Assembly: GCA_048550195.1 (NCBI GenBank) | Contig: JBLYYR010000111.1 | Coordinates: 10,224 to 74,223 of the forward strand | Length of the DNA stretch: 64,000 nt | Direction: 5' to 3' | Source: Arenicellales bacterium | Lineage (GTDB): Bacteria; Pseudomonadota; Gammaproteobacteria; BMS3Bbin11 | In this document: positions 10,091-19,590 of the stretch, one piece after another | How the letters are laid out: the number at the start of each line of letters is the position of its first letter | Position numbering within the stretch: the first letter of the stretch is position 1 | Made by a program: the position numbers and the translations under genes | Notes under the pieces: model-generated | What the model was told of the DNA's origin: nothing | Databases searched by the model: none | The model's input: only the letters and a program-made list of their open reading frames with translations

Positions 10091-11376
10091 AAAAAATAGC
10101 ATCCATCTTACTGTTATTGGCTACAAGCTATGGATACGGAGAAGTATTAGCTCAGACAGATGTGCAAACTGACCCGGAAGCAGCCCTCATCAAGGAATCA
10201 GAAGAAGACCAGGCACGTGAACGTGACAAAGACGCCAATGAGGATCCACTCGAACAGCGCCAGGCAACCAAGGTCGATACACCGGTAGAACATGTTAGCA
10301 AACCAAACGATTTTGGTGCCTATACCAGTTTGCGTATACGCTACCGTGGTACTGACAGTGGAGGAGCGCTGGATGATGGCGGCTCCCGGCTTGGCGCCAG
10401 TGGTGACTGGCAGTTCAGGCCGGGCTACTGGCTAAGTGGTCGAGCTGAAGCGGGTTTTAATCTTCTTGGCAGTCTGGATAGTGTTTTTAATCCGGGTGCC
10501 ACATCATCAGAGGGTGAAGGGGATTTTTTTGTACGCCTGCTCTATGCCAACCTTGAAACACCAAATCTCTTTTTAATTCTAGGCAAGGCCTGGTCTACCT
10601 ATTATTCGGTTGCGGGTTTTACCGATCGTTTTGCTGGCACCGGCGCTTCAGCCAGTGGAACCTTCAATGCCGGTACAGATGGTGGCCCGTCTGGCACTGG
10701 CCGTGCGGATGAAGTGTTGCAAACACGTATCTTAATTAAACCTGCGAACATCCATATCAAAAAAATGAAGCCATTCACTCTTAATGTTCAGCTGCAGCAT
10801 GGTCAGGAAATACCGTCTGTCCTTCTTGATGATACGAACGGTGATGGGAGTGGCTTCAACTATGGGTATGCCCTTGGTCTTAGTGCCTTGCTGGAAACAC
10901 GTAAGAATTTCAATCTGGGTGTTGCTTATAATCATGCACAGGTCGGTAAGGAAGATCTGCCAGAATTGAAATCAGTTGGTATAGATGGTGATGATAAGTC
11001 GCTATTGCTTGGAGCAAAATGGTTTACTGAAAAATGGTACCTGGCTACAAACTTTTCCTGGATGTGGAATCACATGACAACTGATGATGGGATTTATTTT
11101 GATGGAAAGGGCTGGGAAACCTACGGACAATACAATCTACATAAACGCTGGTGGGTGACTGGTGGCTGGAATTACCTGAAACCAAATGATAACCAGCTTC
11201 AGGCAGGTAACTACCAGGTCAAGTATGGTGTGCTGGGGGTACGTTACAGTATCAAACAGTTCAATCGTATGTTCTATGCCAATATCCGCTTCGATAGCAC
11301 TACCGGCTCAGATGCCGATATAGCCGGGCTCAGCAATACTTACACTGTTGGCGTGCGCTGGAATATACCTAAGTGA
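10087..11376 (+). CDS. Putative outer-membrane beta-barrel or porin-like protein
   Basis: The protein has a signal peptide (MKKIASILLLLATSYGYGEVLAQ). An acidic N-terminal segment follows. The rest is rich in alternating Gly/aromatic residues, as in a beta-barrel, and ends ...TYTVGVRWNIPK. Confidence 0.5.
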   Translation: MKKIASILLLLATSYGYGEVLAQTDVQTDPEAALIKESEEDQARERDKDANEDPLEQRQATKVDTPVEHVSKPNDFGAYTSLRIRYRGTDSGGALDDGGSRLGASGDWQFRPGYWLSGRAEAGFNLLGSLDSVFNPGATSSEGEGDFFVRLLYANLETPNLFLILGKAWSTYYSVAGFTDRFAGTGASASGTFNAGTDGGPSGTGRADEVLQTRILIKPANIHIKKMKPFTLNVQLQHGQEIPSVLLDDTNGDGSGFNYGYALGLSALLETRKNFNLGVAYNHAQVGKEDLPELKSVGIDGDDKSLLLGAKWFTEKWYLATNFSWMWNHMTTDDGIYFDGKGWETYGQYNLHKRWWVTGGWNYLKPNDNQLQAGNYQVKYGVLGVRYSIKQFNRMFYANIRFDSTTGSDADIAGLSNTYTVGVRWNIPK

Positions 11377-11500
11377 GGAAGTTCAAAACTCAAAGCTGAA
11401 GAAAATTCATCTTGTTAGGCTGGTTTTGTAAATTTAGAACACTCTAATATGTTAATATGAGCGGCTTTTCCTTTTCCACCTGAAAGATCAGAGGTAAATC

Positions 11501-13033
11501 ATGCTGTTCAACTTTGAATGCACCGAGCTCGGCTGCCCGAAAAATGACATCCTGTCCGGGCTGACGGTTGCCCTGGCACTGGTTCCGGAGGCTGTCGCAT
11601 TTGCCTTTGTTGCAGGCGTTGAACCGCTGGTAGGTCTGTATGCCGCCTTTATGGTGGGGTTGATCACTGCTGTAATAGGCGGCCGCCCGGGGATGATATC
11701 CGGTGCTACCGGTGCATTAGCGGTGGTCATGGTTAGCCTGGTGGCCCAGCATGGCGTTGAATATCTGTTCGCAGCTGTCGTGCTGATGGGCTTGATCCAG
11801 GTGCTGGTCGGCGTATTGCGTCTAGGTAAATTCATTCGCATGGTACCGTACCCGGTAATGCTGGGTTTTGTTAATGGTCTGGCAATTGTCATTTTTCTGG
11901 CACAACTCAGTACTTTTCAGACCAAAGACAGCAATGGTGACATGCAATGGCTGCAGGGTGAGCAACTCTGGATCATGCTGGGCCTGGTAATGTTGACCAT
12001 GGCAATCATACGTTACCTGCCAAAGCTGACGAAGGCTATTCCATCTTCACTGGCGGCGATTCTTGTCGTCAGCCTGCTGGTAATTGTACTTGGCATGGAC
12101 AGTCGCACTGTTGGCGACCTGGCTTCAATCGCGGGAAGCCTGCCGCAGTTTCATATCCCTATGGTGCCATTCAGCTGGGAGACATTAATAATTATCCTGC
12201 CATATTCAATTATTCTGGCTGCAGTTGGCCTGATAGAGTCCTTGCTGACACTTAGTCTGATTGATGAACTCACTGACACCCGCGGCCGTGGCAACAAGGA
12301 ATGTGTAGGCCAGGGTGTAGCGAATTCTGTGACGGGCATGTTTGGTGGCATGGGCGGTTGTGCCATGATCGGGCAGAGCATGATTAATGTTAACTCCGGT
12401 GGCCGGGGGCGGTTATCCGGAATCTCAGCTGCTCTTTTTTTACTGGCATTTATCCTGTATGCATCAGGCCTTATTGAGATGATCCCTCTGGCTGCACTGA
12501 CGGGAGTGATGTTCATGGTTGTGATTGGTACCTTTGAATGGTCCAGTTTCCGTATTATCGGTAAAATCCCACTCAGTGATGCATTTATACTGATACTGGT
12601 TTCCGGAGTGACTGTTGCGACTGACCTGGCCATCGCTGTAGTGGTAGGCGTGATCGTCTCTGCGCTTGTCTTTGCCTGGCAGCATGCAAAACATATTAAT
12701 GTCAAAAGTTATATAAATGAAATGGAAGGCAAGGTCTATGAACTGGAAGGGCCGTTATTTTTTGCTTCGGTCAAGAATTTTCAGGATCTATTCGACCCGA
12801 AAAATGACCCGGACGATGTCGTAGTGGAATTCCAGAATTCACGCGTATACGATCATTCGGCAATTGAGGCAATCGATACGCTTGCAGAACGCTATCTCAA
12901 TGTTGAAAAGCGTCTTCATTTACGTCACCTCAGTCCTGAGTGCATAAAATTATTGAAGAAAGCCGGTGACCTGGTAGAAGTCAATATGATAGAAGACCCA
13001 CGCTATCATGTCGCCGATGATCAGCTTGCCTGA
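11501..13033 (+). CDS. SulP/SLC26 family anion (sulfate) permease with a C-terminal STAS domain
   Basis: The 510-aa protein is polytopic, with the SulP signature region [15 protein letters not shown] at its start. The C-terminus has a STAS fold with [12 protein letters not shown]. Confidence 0.85.
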   Translation: MLFNFECTELGCPKNDILSGLTVALALVPEAVAFAFVAGVEPLVGLYAAFMVGLITAVIGGRPGMISGATGALAVVMVSLVAQHGVEYLFAAVVLMGLIQVLVGVLRLGKFIRMVPYPVMLGFVNGLAIVIFLAQLSTFQTKDSNGDMQWLQGEQLWIMLGLVMLTMAIIRYLPKLTKAIPSSLAAILVVSLLVIVLGMDSRTVGDLASIAGSLPQFHIPMVPFSWETLIIILPYSIILAAVGLIESLLTLSLIDELTDTRGRGNKECVGQGVANSVTGMFGGMGGCAMIGQSMINVNSGGRGRLSGISAALFLLAFILYASGLIEMIPLAALTGVMFMVVIGTFEWSSFRIIGKIPLSDAFILILVSGVTVATDLAIAVVVGVIVSALVFAWQHAKHINVKSYINEMEGKVYELEGPLFFASVKNFQDLFDPKNDPDDVVVEFQNSRVYDHSAIEAIDTLAERYLNVEKRLHLRHLSPECIKLLKKAGDLVEVNMIEDPRYHVADDQLA

Positions 13034-13040
13034 TAAAAAA

Positions 13041-13078
13041 CGTTTTACGTTTTACGTTTTACGTATTAGGTTTTACGG
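13041..13078. repeat. Tandem heptamer repeat (CGTTTTA)n just downstream of the sulP stop
   Basis: The sequence reads cgttttacgttttacgttttacgtattaggttttacgg, which is three perfect and two degenerate heptamer units. Confidence 0.6.
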
Positions 13079-13182
13079 TTGAATGCTTCGAACTTCGAAT
13101 GGTTGAAGGTTTTCCAATCTAAGACTATGCTTTCTGATAGATCTTAGTGTAATGTTGGTAAATATTCATATATCAGGGGGCT

Positions 13183-13407
13183 GTGTTAATGGATCCACTC
13201 ATACTGAATTTCCTGTATGCCATCATGGGAGGGTTTGTCACTCTCGGTTTCATGTGGCTGGGCTGCAAACTGTTTAACCACACTGTTAATTTCAGCATAG
13301 GCAAAGAGTTAAAAAACGGAAATACCGCTGTCGGTTTGATGGTAATGGGCATGTTTATCGGTATCGGTATTGCGCTGGGGCTAGTGGTTGGGCTAGGTCT
13401 AAACTGA
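13183..13407 (+). CDS. DUF350-like small membrane protein
   Basis: The 74-aa protein has two hydrophobic helices with a KELKNGNTAVGL linker, typical of DUF350. Its stop codon overlaps the downstream start (TGATG). Confidence 0.55.
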   Translation: MLMDPLILNFLYAIMGGFVTLGFMWLGCKLFNHTVNFSIGKELKNGNTAVGLMVMGMFIGIGIALGLVVGLGLN

Positions 13408-14003
13408 TGCAGGGTCGGAGTCTACTAGCTACCCTGGTAGTTATTATATTGTTGCCTGGTATTGCGTATGCGACAGCCAATAGCGTACGCCACGATTTAA
13501 AATCGAAGGCATGGACGACAAAATACGACCATCATTTTCGTAAATACACCAAACGCTACTTTGGCCCAAACTTTGATTGGCGCTGGTTTAAGTCCCAGGG
13601 GATAGCTGAATCAGGCCTGCGTGACAAAGCTCGTAGCAGTGTAGGTGCGGTGGGTGTAATGCAAATATTGCCCAGCACCTATGCAGATATTCACAAAAAG
13701 AGCCCGTATCTGTCCTCCGGCACCTTGTCAGACCCGCGATGGAACATCGCTGCTGGAATATTCTATGACCGTATTCTCTACAAACGCTGGAAAATGAAAT
13801 TAAAACAATCGACGCCTGAAAATGATCTGTACATGACATTTGCCAGTTATAATGCGGGTCACGGTAAGATATCGAAAGTTCTCAAAAAGACAAAGCAACA
13901 AAAGAAAAATGTAGAGGGCTGGGATGACATCAAGCAGCATGTCCCATTGCAGACACGCCACTATGTAAATCGCATCAAGTTCCTCATGGGTAAAGACTCC
14001 TGA
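13407..14003 (+). CDS. Lytic transglycosylase domain (SLT) protein
   Basis: The protein has a signal peptide. The catalytic region reads GIAESGLRDKARSSVGAVGVMQILPSTYADI, with the ES catalytic pair and the GVMQ motif. ...YNAGHGK follows. Confidence 0.7.
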   Translation: MQGRSLLATLVVIILLPGIAYATANSVRHDLKSKAWTTKYDHHFRKYTKRYFGPNFDWRWFKSQGIAESGLRDKARSSVGAVGVMQILPSTYADIHKKSPYLSSGTLSDPRWNIAAGIFYDRILYKRWKMKLKQSTPENDLYMTFASYNAGHGKISKVLKKTKQQKKNVEGWDDIKQHVPLQTRHYVNRIKFLMGKDS

Positions 14004-14146
14004 ATTACCCTGTAGCGAGCTGGTGATAAAATATTTGCAGGTATTACTCCTGCTGATACAGGATTAATTGATTCATTTTTTTCTGTCTTTTTAGGCAGGG
14101 ACATGTATAAACTCCACTCACTAATAATTGTGCTAATGAGGTTGAT

Positions 14147-14914
14147 ATGCGCAGAATTCTAATGCCTGTAGTTTTTATCCTGATCCTGTTCAGTATGTCA
14201 GTTACTGCCTCTGACATTGATCGGGAAAAACGCCTGGCCAGTGAAATCATCGACAGCATCATTGACGGTGATGCGGTATTCCTGAAATCAGGTGATCATG
14301 AATTTCTGGGGATTTACACCGTGGCCGATGAGGCAAAAGGAGCTGTTATTATCATGCATGGACGCGGTTTTCATCCAGACTGGGGTGATGTCGCCAATCC
14401 CTTGCGTGTAGGACTGGCAGAGCGAGGCTGGAACACCTTTTCAATACAGATGCCGGTACTGGAAAAGGAGGCAAAATATTATGACTACGTGGAGATCTTT
14501 CCGGAAGCCTTCCCAAGAATTGACGCCGCCATTGATTTTCTGAAAGAAAAGGCAAATAAAAAGATAATATTGATCGCGCACAGTTGCAGTGTACACATGG
14601 CAATGGCCTGGGTAGATGCAGGGCATCTGCGAGATCTTGATGCCTTTATTGGTATAGGTATGGGGGCCGTTGATTATAAGCAGCCGATGCAAAAGCCTTT
14701 CCCGCTGGAACAAATAAAAGTACCCGTTCTTGATGTGTTCGGGCAGGATGAATACCCTGCAGTGAAAAGAGGTGCGCCCGAGCGACTGTCTGCAATAAAA
14801 AAGGCAGGTAATAAGAAGTCAGCTCAGGTGACCGTGCCGAATGCAAATCATTATTTCACTGATCAGGGTGAGGCCCTGCTGGAAGTTGTCACCCCATGGC
14901 TGAATGATTTGTAA
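14147..14914 (+). CDS. Secreted alpha/beta-hydrolase-fold protein (DUF3530-like)
   Basis: The protein has a signal peptide. The ...AVIIMHGRGFHPDW...ILIAHSCS... regions look like a nucleophile elbow. The family assignment is tentative. Confidence 0.45.
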   Translation: MRRILMPVVFILILFSMSVTASDIDREKRLASEIIDSIIDGDAVFLKSGDHEFLGIYTVADEAKGAVIIMHGRGFHPDWGDVANPLRVGLAERGWNTFSIQMPVLEKEAKYYDYVEIFPEAFPRIDAAIDFLKEKANKKIILIAHSCSVHMAMAWVDAGHLRDLDAFIGIGMGAVDYKQPMQKPFPLEQIKVPVLDVFGQDEYPAVKRGAPERLSAIKKAGNKKSAQVTVPNANHYFTDQGEALLEVVTPWLNDL

Positions 14915-14993
14915 CATCGTATTTGTATTGCACGATCAGTGTGTGCTTATACCGGGTTAGTTTAAGGATGCTGGCACCTGCGGATGAAGTTCG

Positions 14994-15851
14994 TTGAAAT
15001 TTAATAGCACTGGTTTGATAGAGAAGGGCATAATGCTATGCATCGTGCATTTTTTTATTTTTGCACATTCCTCAACTGCAGTGGCCGCTCAGATAGAACC
15101 GCAACGCATCGTTACACTTTCTCCCCACCTGGCAGAGCTTGTATTTTCCCTTGGCGCAGGACACCAGCTAGTCGGAGTAGTAGAGCACAGTAATTACCCG
15201 CAACAGGTAAATTATATTCCACGTATAGGCAGTGCTTCGGGGCTGGATATAGAACAAATTCTATCAATTAAACCGGATCTTGTGCTCGCATGGCAAAGAG
15301 GGTCACGAGACGCAGATATTAAAAAATTGAAAGAACTTGGTCTTCGAGTTGTCAGTATCAAGAGCGAGTCACTGGAAGATATTCCTGAATCATTAAAAAT
15401 TCTGGGTGAATTACTAAACCGGCAGCAGCGGTCATCAACGATGATTGAGCTGTTTAATAAACAACTGAAGACGATTTCTGATAAGTACAGGGATCAGGCA
15501 GTTTATCGGGTTTTTATTGAGATCTCATCACAGCCCTTGATGGGCCTGACTAACCGAGATCCATTTGCAGCAGGTCTGCAACTGTGTGGCTTGAAAAATA
15601 TTTTTTCAAATATGGACAAGGGAGCAATAATTACAGATCTGGAGTCAATATTAAGCAGAGATGTCGCGTATGTCCTGTTAAGACAGAAAACGACAAGCAA
15701 TGATTATGATGCTCGTAAGAAATTTTATCAGATCAATGATTACAGTACGATTGGATTTGTCAGTTTTGATGAAAATACTGCATTCCGGCAGACACCACGT
15801 TTGCTTGAAGCTGTTGATGAAGTTTGTGGTGCAGTATATGGATTAAATTGA
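14994..15851 (+). CDS. btuF: Periplasmic cobalamin/siderophore-type ABC substrate-binding protein (BtuF-like)
   Basis: The sequence IVTLSPHLAELVFSLGAGHQLVGVVEHSNYP...LSIKPDLVLAW is typical of BtuF/FecB class III substrate-binding proteins. The gene sits next to other B12 genes. Confidence 0.65.
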   Translation: MKFNSTGLIEKGIMLCIVHFFIFAHSSTAVAAQIEPQRIVTLSPHLAELVFSLGAGHQLVGVVEHSNYPQQVNYIPRIGSASGLDIEQILSIKPDLVLAWQRGSRDADIKKLKELGLRVVSIKSESLEDIPESLKILGELLNRQQRSSTMIELFNKQLKTISDKYRDQAVYRVFIEISSQPLMGLTNRDPFAAGLQLCGLKNIFSNMDKGAIITDLESILSRDVAYVLLRQKTTSNDYDARKKFYQINDYSTIGFVSFDENTAFRQTPRLLEAVDEVCGAVYGLN

Positions 15852-15867
15852 AGTACCAAGTTTCAAG

Positions 15868-16425
15868 TTACCGGGGCTTTTTCTTGCTATGTTGCCAGAG
15901 AACATCGGGCTGGCCGCTGGCTTTGTTAATAAAACGAGCCATGACAAATAACAGGTCAGACAGTCTATTCAGGTAGCCAGAGACAACTGTTGATACTTCA
16001 TCAGATCGTGACAGGCTAACTACATCTCGTTCGGCTCGTCGACACACGCTGCGGGCAACATGACTAATTGCAGCAGCCCTGCATCCGCCAGGCAGGATAA
16101 AATCCTCAAGTGGATCAAGCTCCTGGTTCATGCGGTCTAATTGCTGTTCAAGCCATGTTATTGATTCGGGTTGCATGATTTTTTGGTCAGGCATGCTCAA
16201 TTCACCTCCCATATCGAACAGGTGGTGTTGTATTTCTGTCAATAGGTCATGACTATCTTGATCAATTTCTTCACAAACGATTAGGCCAAGCAGGCTATTA
16301 AGTTCATCAATACTGCCTATAGCTGAAATGCGAAGGGAGTCCTTATCTATCCTCGATCCATCGCTGATTCCTGTTGTACCGTCATCGCCTGTACGTGTGT
16401 AGATTTTTGAAAGTCGGTAGCCCAT
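15868..16425 (-). CDS. PduO-type ATP:cob(I)alamin adenosyltransferase
   Basis: The N-terminus KIYTRTGDDGTTG...IGSIDELNSLLG is the canonical PduO-type adenosyltransferase N-terminus. Confidence 0.8.
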   Translation of the reverse strand: MGYRLSKIYTRTGDDGTTGISDGSRIDKDSLRISAIGSIDELNSLLGLIVCEEIDQDSHDLLTEIQHHLFDMGGELSMPDQKIMQPESITWLEQQLDRMNQELDPLEDFILPGGCRAAAISHVARSVCRRAERDVVSLSRSDEVSTVVSGYLNRLSDLLFVMARFINKASGQPDVLWQHSKKKPR

Positions 16426-16554
16426 GGTTTTTATCCTACTATGAGTTGGTCGTGATTCTTGTGCATGAGCAGAATGAGTTTCAATGGTTAACGGTATTAG
16501 ATCTTAGGCGTACGCATTTAGATAAAATACAATACGTATATCGTAACACGTAGT

Positions 16555-17310
16555 TTAGTCTGTTAAACGATATAGCACTTCTATTTCAGTATCTGCCGCC
16601 TGTATGGTCAAGTTGGATGCAACCTGGAGTCTGCCGATACTCTGTATTGTTTTTCGCGCATTTTCATCGAGCACCCTGTGCCCGGATGAGCGGGCGACGC
16701 GTACCTGATTTAGTGAGCCATCATCCTCAATGTGTAATGACAGGCCAACCAGACCTTCCCAACCCATGCGCCGTGCCAAACGCGGATAGGTGAATCGTGC
16801 TCTGATGATTTCTTTCAGCTGTTGTCTCAGGTGATTCAATGGAATATTTTTTACGTTAGCCGTTGCTGAATTAGCTGTTTTATCATCAGTTAATATTTCA
16901 GTATCATTGTTGCTGTGAACAGAAGATTTAACAGAATTACTTCTGGGAGAAATGTTTTTCTCAGGTTTAAGACTTTGCGTGCTATTTTTGTTGTCAGTGT
17001 CAACTTTACCGGTTGGTTTAACGGAAAGAGGTAAAGCCGTAGTCTTAATTTCAGTAACAGGTTTTTGTTGAGGTGCCTGTTGGATAATTTCCGGCTTATT
17101 CTCCGTTGCAGTTATTTGCTTTGAACCTGGAGACGATCGTGAGGAAATCACAGTAACCTGGAGTGGGCTTGCAAAGTCTACATATAGTTTATTTTCAGAT
17201 TTGTTATCTGGTATGGCAAGAAAAATTCCATGTGCCAGCACAGAAAGAAGTACAAACCACCCCAGTAAGGTAGTTGGCTTACTCGATTTTGCGGGATGGT
17301 TTTCTTGCAT
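16555..17310 (-). CDS. tonB: TonB family energy transducer
   Basis: The protein has an N-terminal TM anchor and a low-complexity linker. The C-terminal TonB domain reads ARFTYPRLARRMGWEGLVGLSLHIEDDGSL. Its start lies 4 bp from the btuB stop. Confidence 0.7.
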   Translation of the reverse strand: MQENHPAKSSKPTTLLGWFVLLSVLAHGIFLAIPDNKSENKLYVDFASPLQVTVISSRSSPGSKQITATENKPEIIQQAPQQKPVTEIKTTALPLSVKPTGKVDTDNKNSTQSLKPEKNISPRSNSVKSSVHSNNDTEILTDDKTANSATANVKNIPLNHLRQQLKEIIRARFTYPRLARRMGWEGLVGLSLHIEDDGSLNQVRVARSSGHRVLDENARKTIQSIGRLQVASNLTIQAADTEIEVLYRLTD

Positions 17311-17314
17311 ACTG

Positions 17315-19150
17315 TTAACGAATATTCATGTACCGTATATCAAAAAAGGCAGAACGACCTGCTGTGTTAAATCCATCGGCAAGTTGATATTCCTCATCGG
17401 TGATATTTTCCAGGCGCAGGCCAACATGAATCAGCTTGCCAAATGATTTGGTTGCTGAAAGGTTTAGTATGCTAAAGGCATCAAGAATGATGTCGCTGTA
17501 TGCGGAATCAGGGCGCTCACCGGTATATGTTAGCTGGGCGCTTGCTGAATAACTACTGCCGACATAGCGTCCTGTCAGGCTGTACTTTTCTTTTGCCCGG
17601 CGCGCCAGCTGCTTGTCTGTCGTCAGGTCTTTTGGGTCCTGGTAGGTTGCATCGGCATCAACCACGTACGGCCCTTTGCGAAACGAATAGACGAGTTCAA
17701 TACCACGAGTACGGGTTTCATCAATATTTTCATTACGTCCTGGAATTGGGCCATTGAATCCATCCGGGTCGACAAAGTTTATCAGGTTGTCAATTTCATT
17801 CTGGAAGACGCTTACCCGTGTGCGATGGACTGATGAAGGATTGACGCGAGCACTCAGTTCAATGCTTGTTGATGTTTCTGGTGCCAGATCCGGGTTGCCA
17901 CCGAAGCCAAAACGATCTGTGCTGCCTGGAGCACGGAAACCGGTAGCAAGGGATGCGATCAGCTTCGTTGCCTGGCTGGCCTGATAACCATAGCTCAGTT
18001 CACCGGTCGTTTTTCCATCAAAAGCACTATAGTCTGTGTAACGCAGGCCTGCGGTAATTTGATTGGCTCCAGATTCGAACTGATCCTGTACATAGATGCC
18101 AACGGTATCTGTGTCTTCATCAAACCCGGCACCGAAGGACAGTGATTTGGCATTTTCCCGATAGGTCTGTAAGCCGGCTGTTACAAGATTTGCGGTACCT
18201 ATGACGATATCATTCTGCCAGTCCAGTTCATAGCGGGTAGTTTTCAGGAAATCAGTTGATTGTCTTTGCTGGATATCATCTTTGAAGTAGCTGAGTTTAA
18301 TCTTACTTACCCAATTTTCCATAGCATTGATATTTGCCTTCAGAGACGAGGTTGAATTTGTATAATCCTGAGCAACCGGGGTTAGAAAGAAATCATAATA
18401 ATCTGTTCGCCCACGACTGCCAATGAATTGGAAATCAAGGTCTGTATTGCCAAAGGTATTGCCCAGTTTCAGGTTAATGCTGTCATTTTTGTACGGGCTG
18501 TCATTATCGGCTTCAGTGCGGGTGGGAAAACCGTCTGTACGAGCGCCAGATAAATCAATACCAAGACGAACATCACCATCTTTACGATGAAAGCTGGCAG
18601 AGAGTTCCTGAGTGTTGAAGCTGCCAAATCGCCAGCCCGCTTCTGTGGTCTCACCCTGACGGGTAAATATTTGAATGACGCCACCCAGTGCATCAGAACC
18701 ATAGAGGGTGGAACGAGGCCCCATAATGACTTCAATACGGTCAATCATATTCAGGGGGATATTCTGTATGGCTGCAACGCCTATAGTGCCCGGGTTGATC
18801 TTGACGCCATCAATCATGAGGAGAGTGTGATCACTTTCAGCACCACGGATAAAAATAGATGAAGTCTGACCTGGCCCACCATTGCTGGCAATATCTATAC
18901 CTGCTTTGGTGCGCAATACATCGGCGACAGAAAGTGCCTGAGACTCAATAATTTCCTTACGGTTTATCACGGTACTTGTTGCAAGTACCTGATCAGCATG
19001 GGTAGCTGTACGTGTTGCAGTGACAATGACCGGGTTATCAATATCGTTCGTATTAGTTTGATTCTGATCTGCCAGAGAGATAACAGGCGACAGTGTTAGA
19101 AGAGAGGTGATGGCAGCGGTAACCGCTGAAATACAGGTAATATTTTGCAT
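17315..19150 (-). CDS. btuB: TonB-dependent outer-membrane receptor, most likely the vitamin B12 transporter BtuB
   Basis: The protein has a signal peptide, a TonB box (DNPVIVTATR), a plug domain and then a beta-barrel. A cobalamin riboswitch lies in the 5' leader. Confidence 0.8.
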   Translation of the reverse strand: MQNITCISAVTAAITSLLTLSPVISLADQNQTNTNDIDNPVIVTATRTATHADQVLATSTVINRKEIIESQALSVADVLRTKAGIDIASNGGPGQTSSIFIRGAESDHTLLMIDGVKINPGTIGVAAIQNIPLNMIDRIEVIMGPRSTLYGSDALGGVIQIFTRQGETTEAGWRFGSFNTQELSASFHRKDGDVRLGIDLSGARTDGFPTRTEADNDSPYKNDSINLKLGNTFGNTDLDFQFIGSRGRTDYYDFFLTPVAQDYTNSTSSLKANINAMENWVSKIKLSYFKDDIQQRQSTDFLKTTRYELDWQNDIVIGTANLVTAGLQTYRENAKSLSFGAGFDEDTDTVGIYVQDQFESGANQITAGLRYTDYSAFDGKTTGELSYGYQASQATKLIASLATGFRAPGSTDRFGFGGNPDLAPETSTSIELSARVNPSSVHRTRVSVFQNEIDNLINFVDPDGFNGPIPGRNENIDETRTRGIELVYSFRKGPYVVDADATYQDPKDLTTDKQLARRAKEKYSLTGRYVGSSYSASAQLTYTGERPDSAYSDIILDAFSILNLSATKSFGKLIHVGLRLENITDEEYQLADGFNTAGRSAFFDIRYMNIR

Positions 19151-19229
19151 ATTATGTCCTTAGTGTACCCGCCGTACACATGAAGAAGTGAAAGGTTTCC
19201 CGCAGGTCATGATTCGATAGAAGTTGACT

Positions 19230-19450
19230 TGCCGGGGTTTAGTCTCAGGCTGGTTTCCGGGCTTGTGAGCATTGAAGTCGTCTGCCTTCCCATGCGATTA
19301 GAACGATTAAATACATTCATACTGCACAGTGGCTGCTTAGAAGACTTCCCTCACTTACCGTTGCGGGGGCAGCGCCGGAATTGAACCGGCTTCCCATTTC
19401 ATCCTACTGGATGGTATCCAGTAGAAATCCTGAGGCTGGCGACTTTAAGT
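19230..19450 (-). promoter_or_regulatory. Cobalamin (B12) riboswitch in the btuB leader
   Basis: The reverse complement of 19321-19400 reads GGGAAGCCGGTTCAATTCCGGCGCTGCCCCCGCAACGGTAAG...GCCACTG. These are the conserved cobalamin-riboswitch core and the B12 box. GGGAAGGC lies downstream. Confidence 0.85.
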
Positions 19451-19590
19451 GATTGGGAGGTAAGTTTCAAGCTTCAGGACAAATGATGCAGAAAGCTAAC
19501 TTTATATTACATTCTTAATCCTTGATCTATAATCTTAACAGGGTGGCGGCGAACCCAGAGTCACGGCATAATCTGTTTAAGGAGAATGAC

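Noticed and set aside
12151-12705. 184-aa minus-strand ORF.
   Set aside because: It is antisense within the well-supported SulP permease gene and has no motifs.
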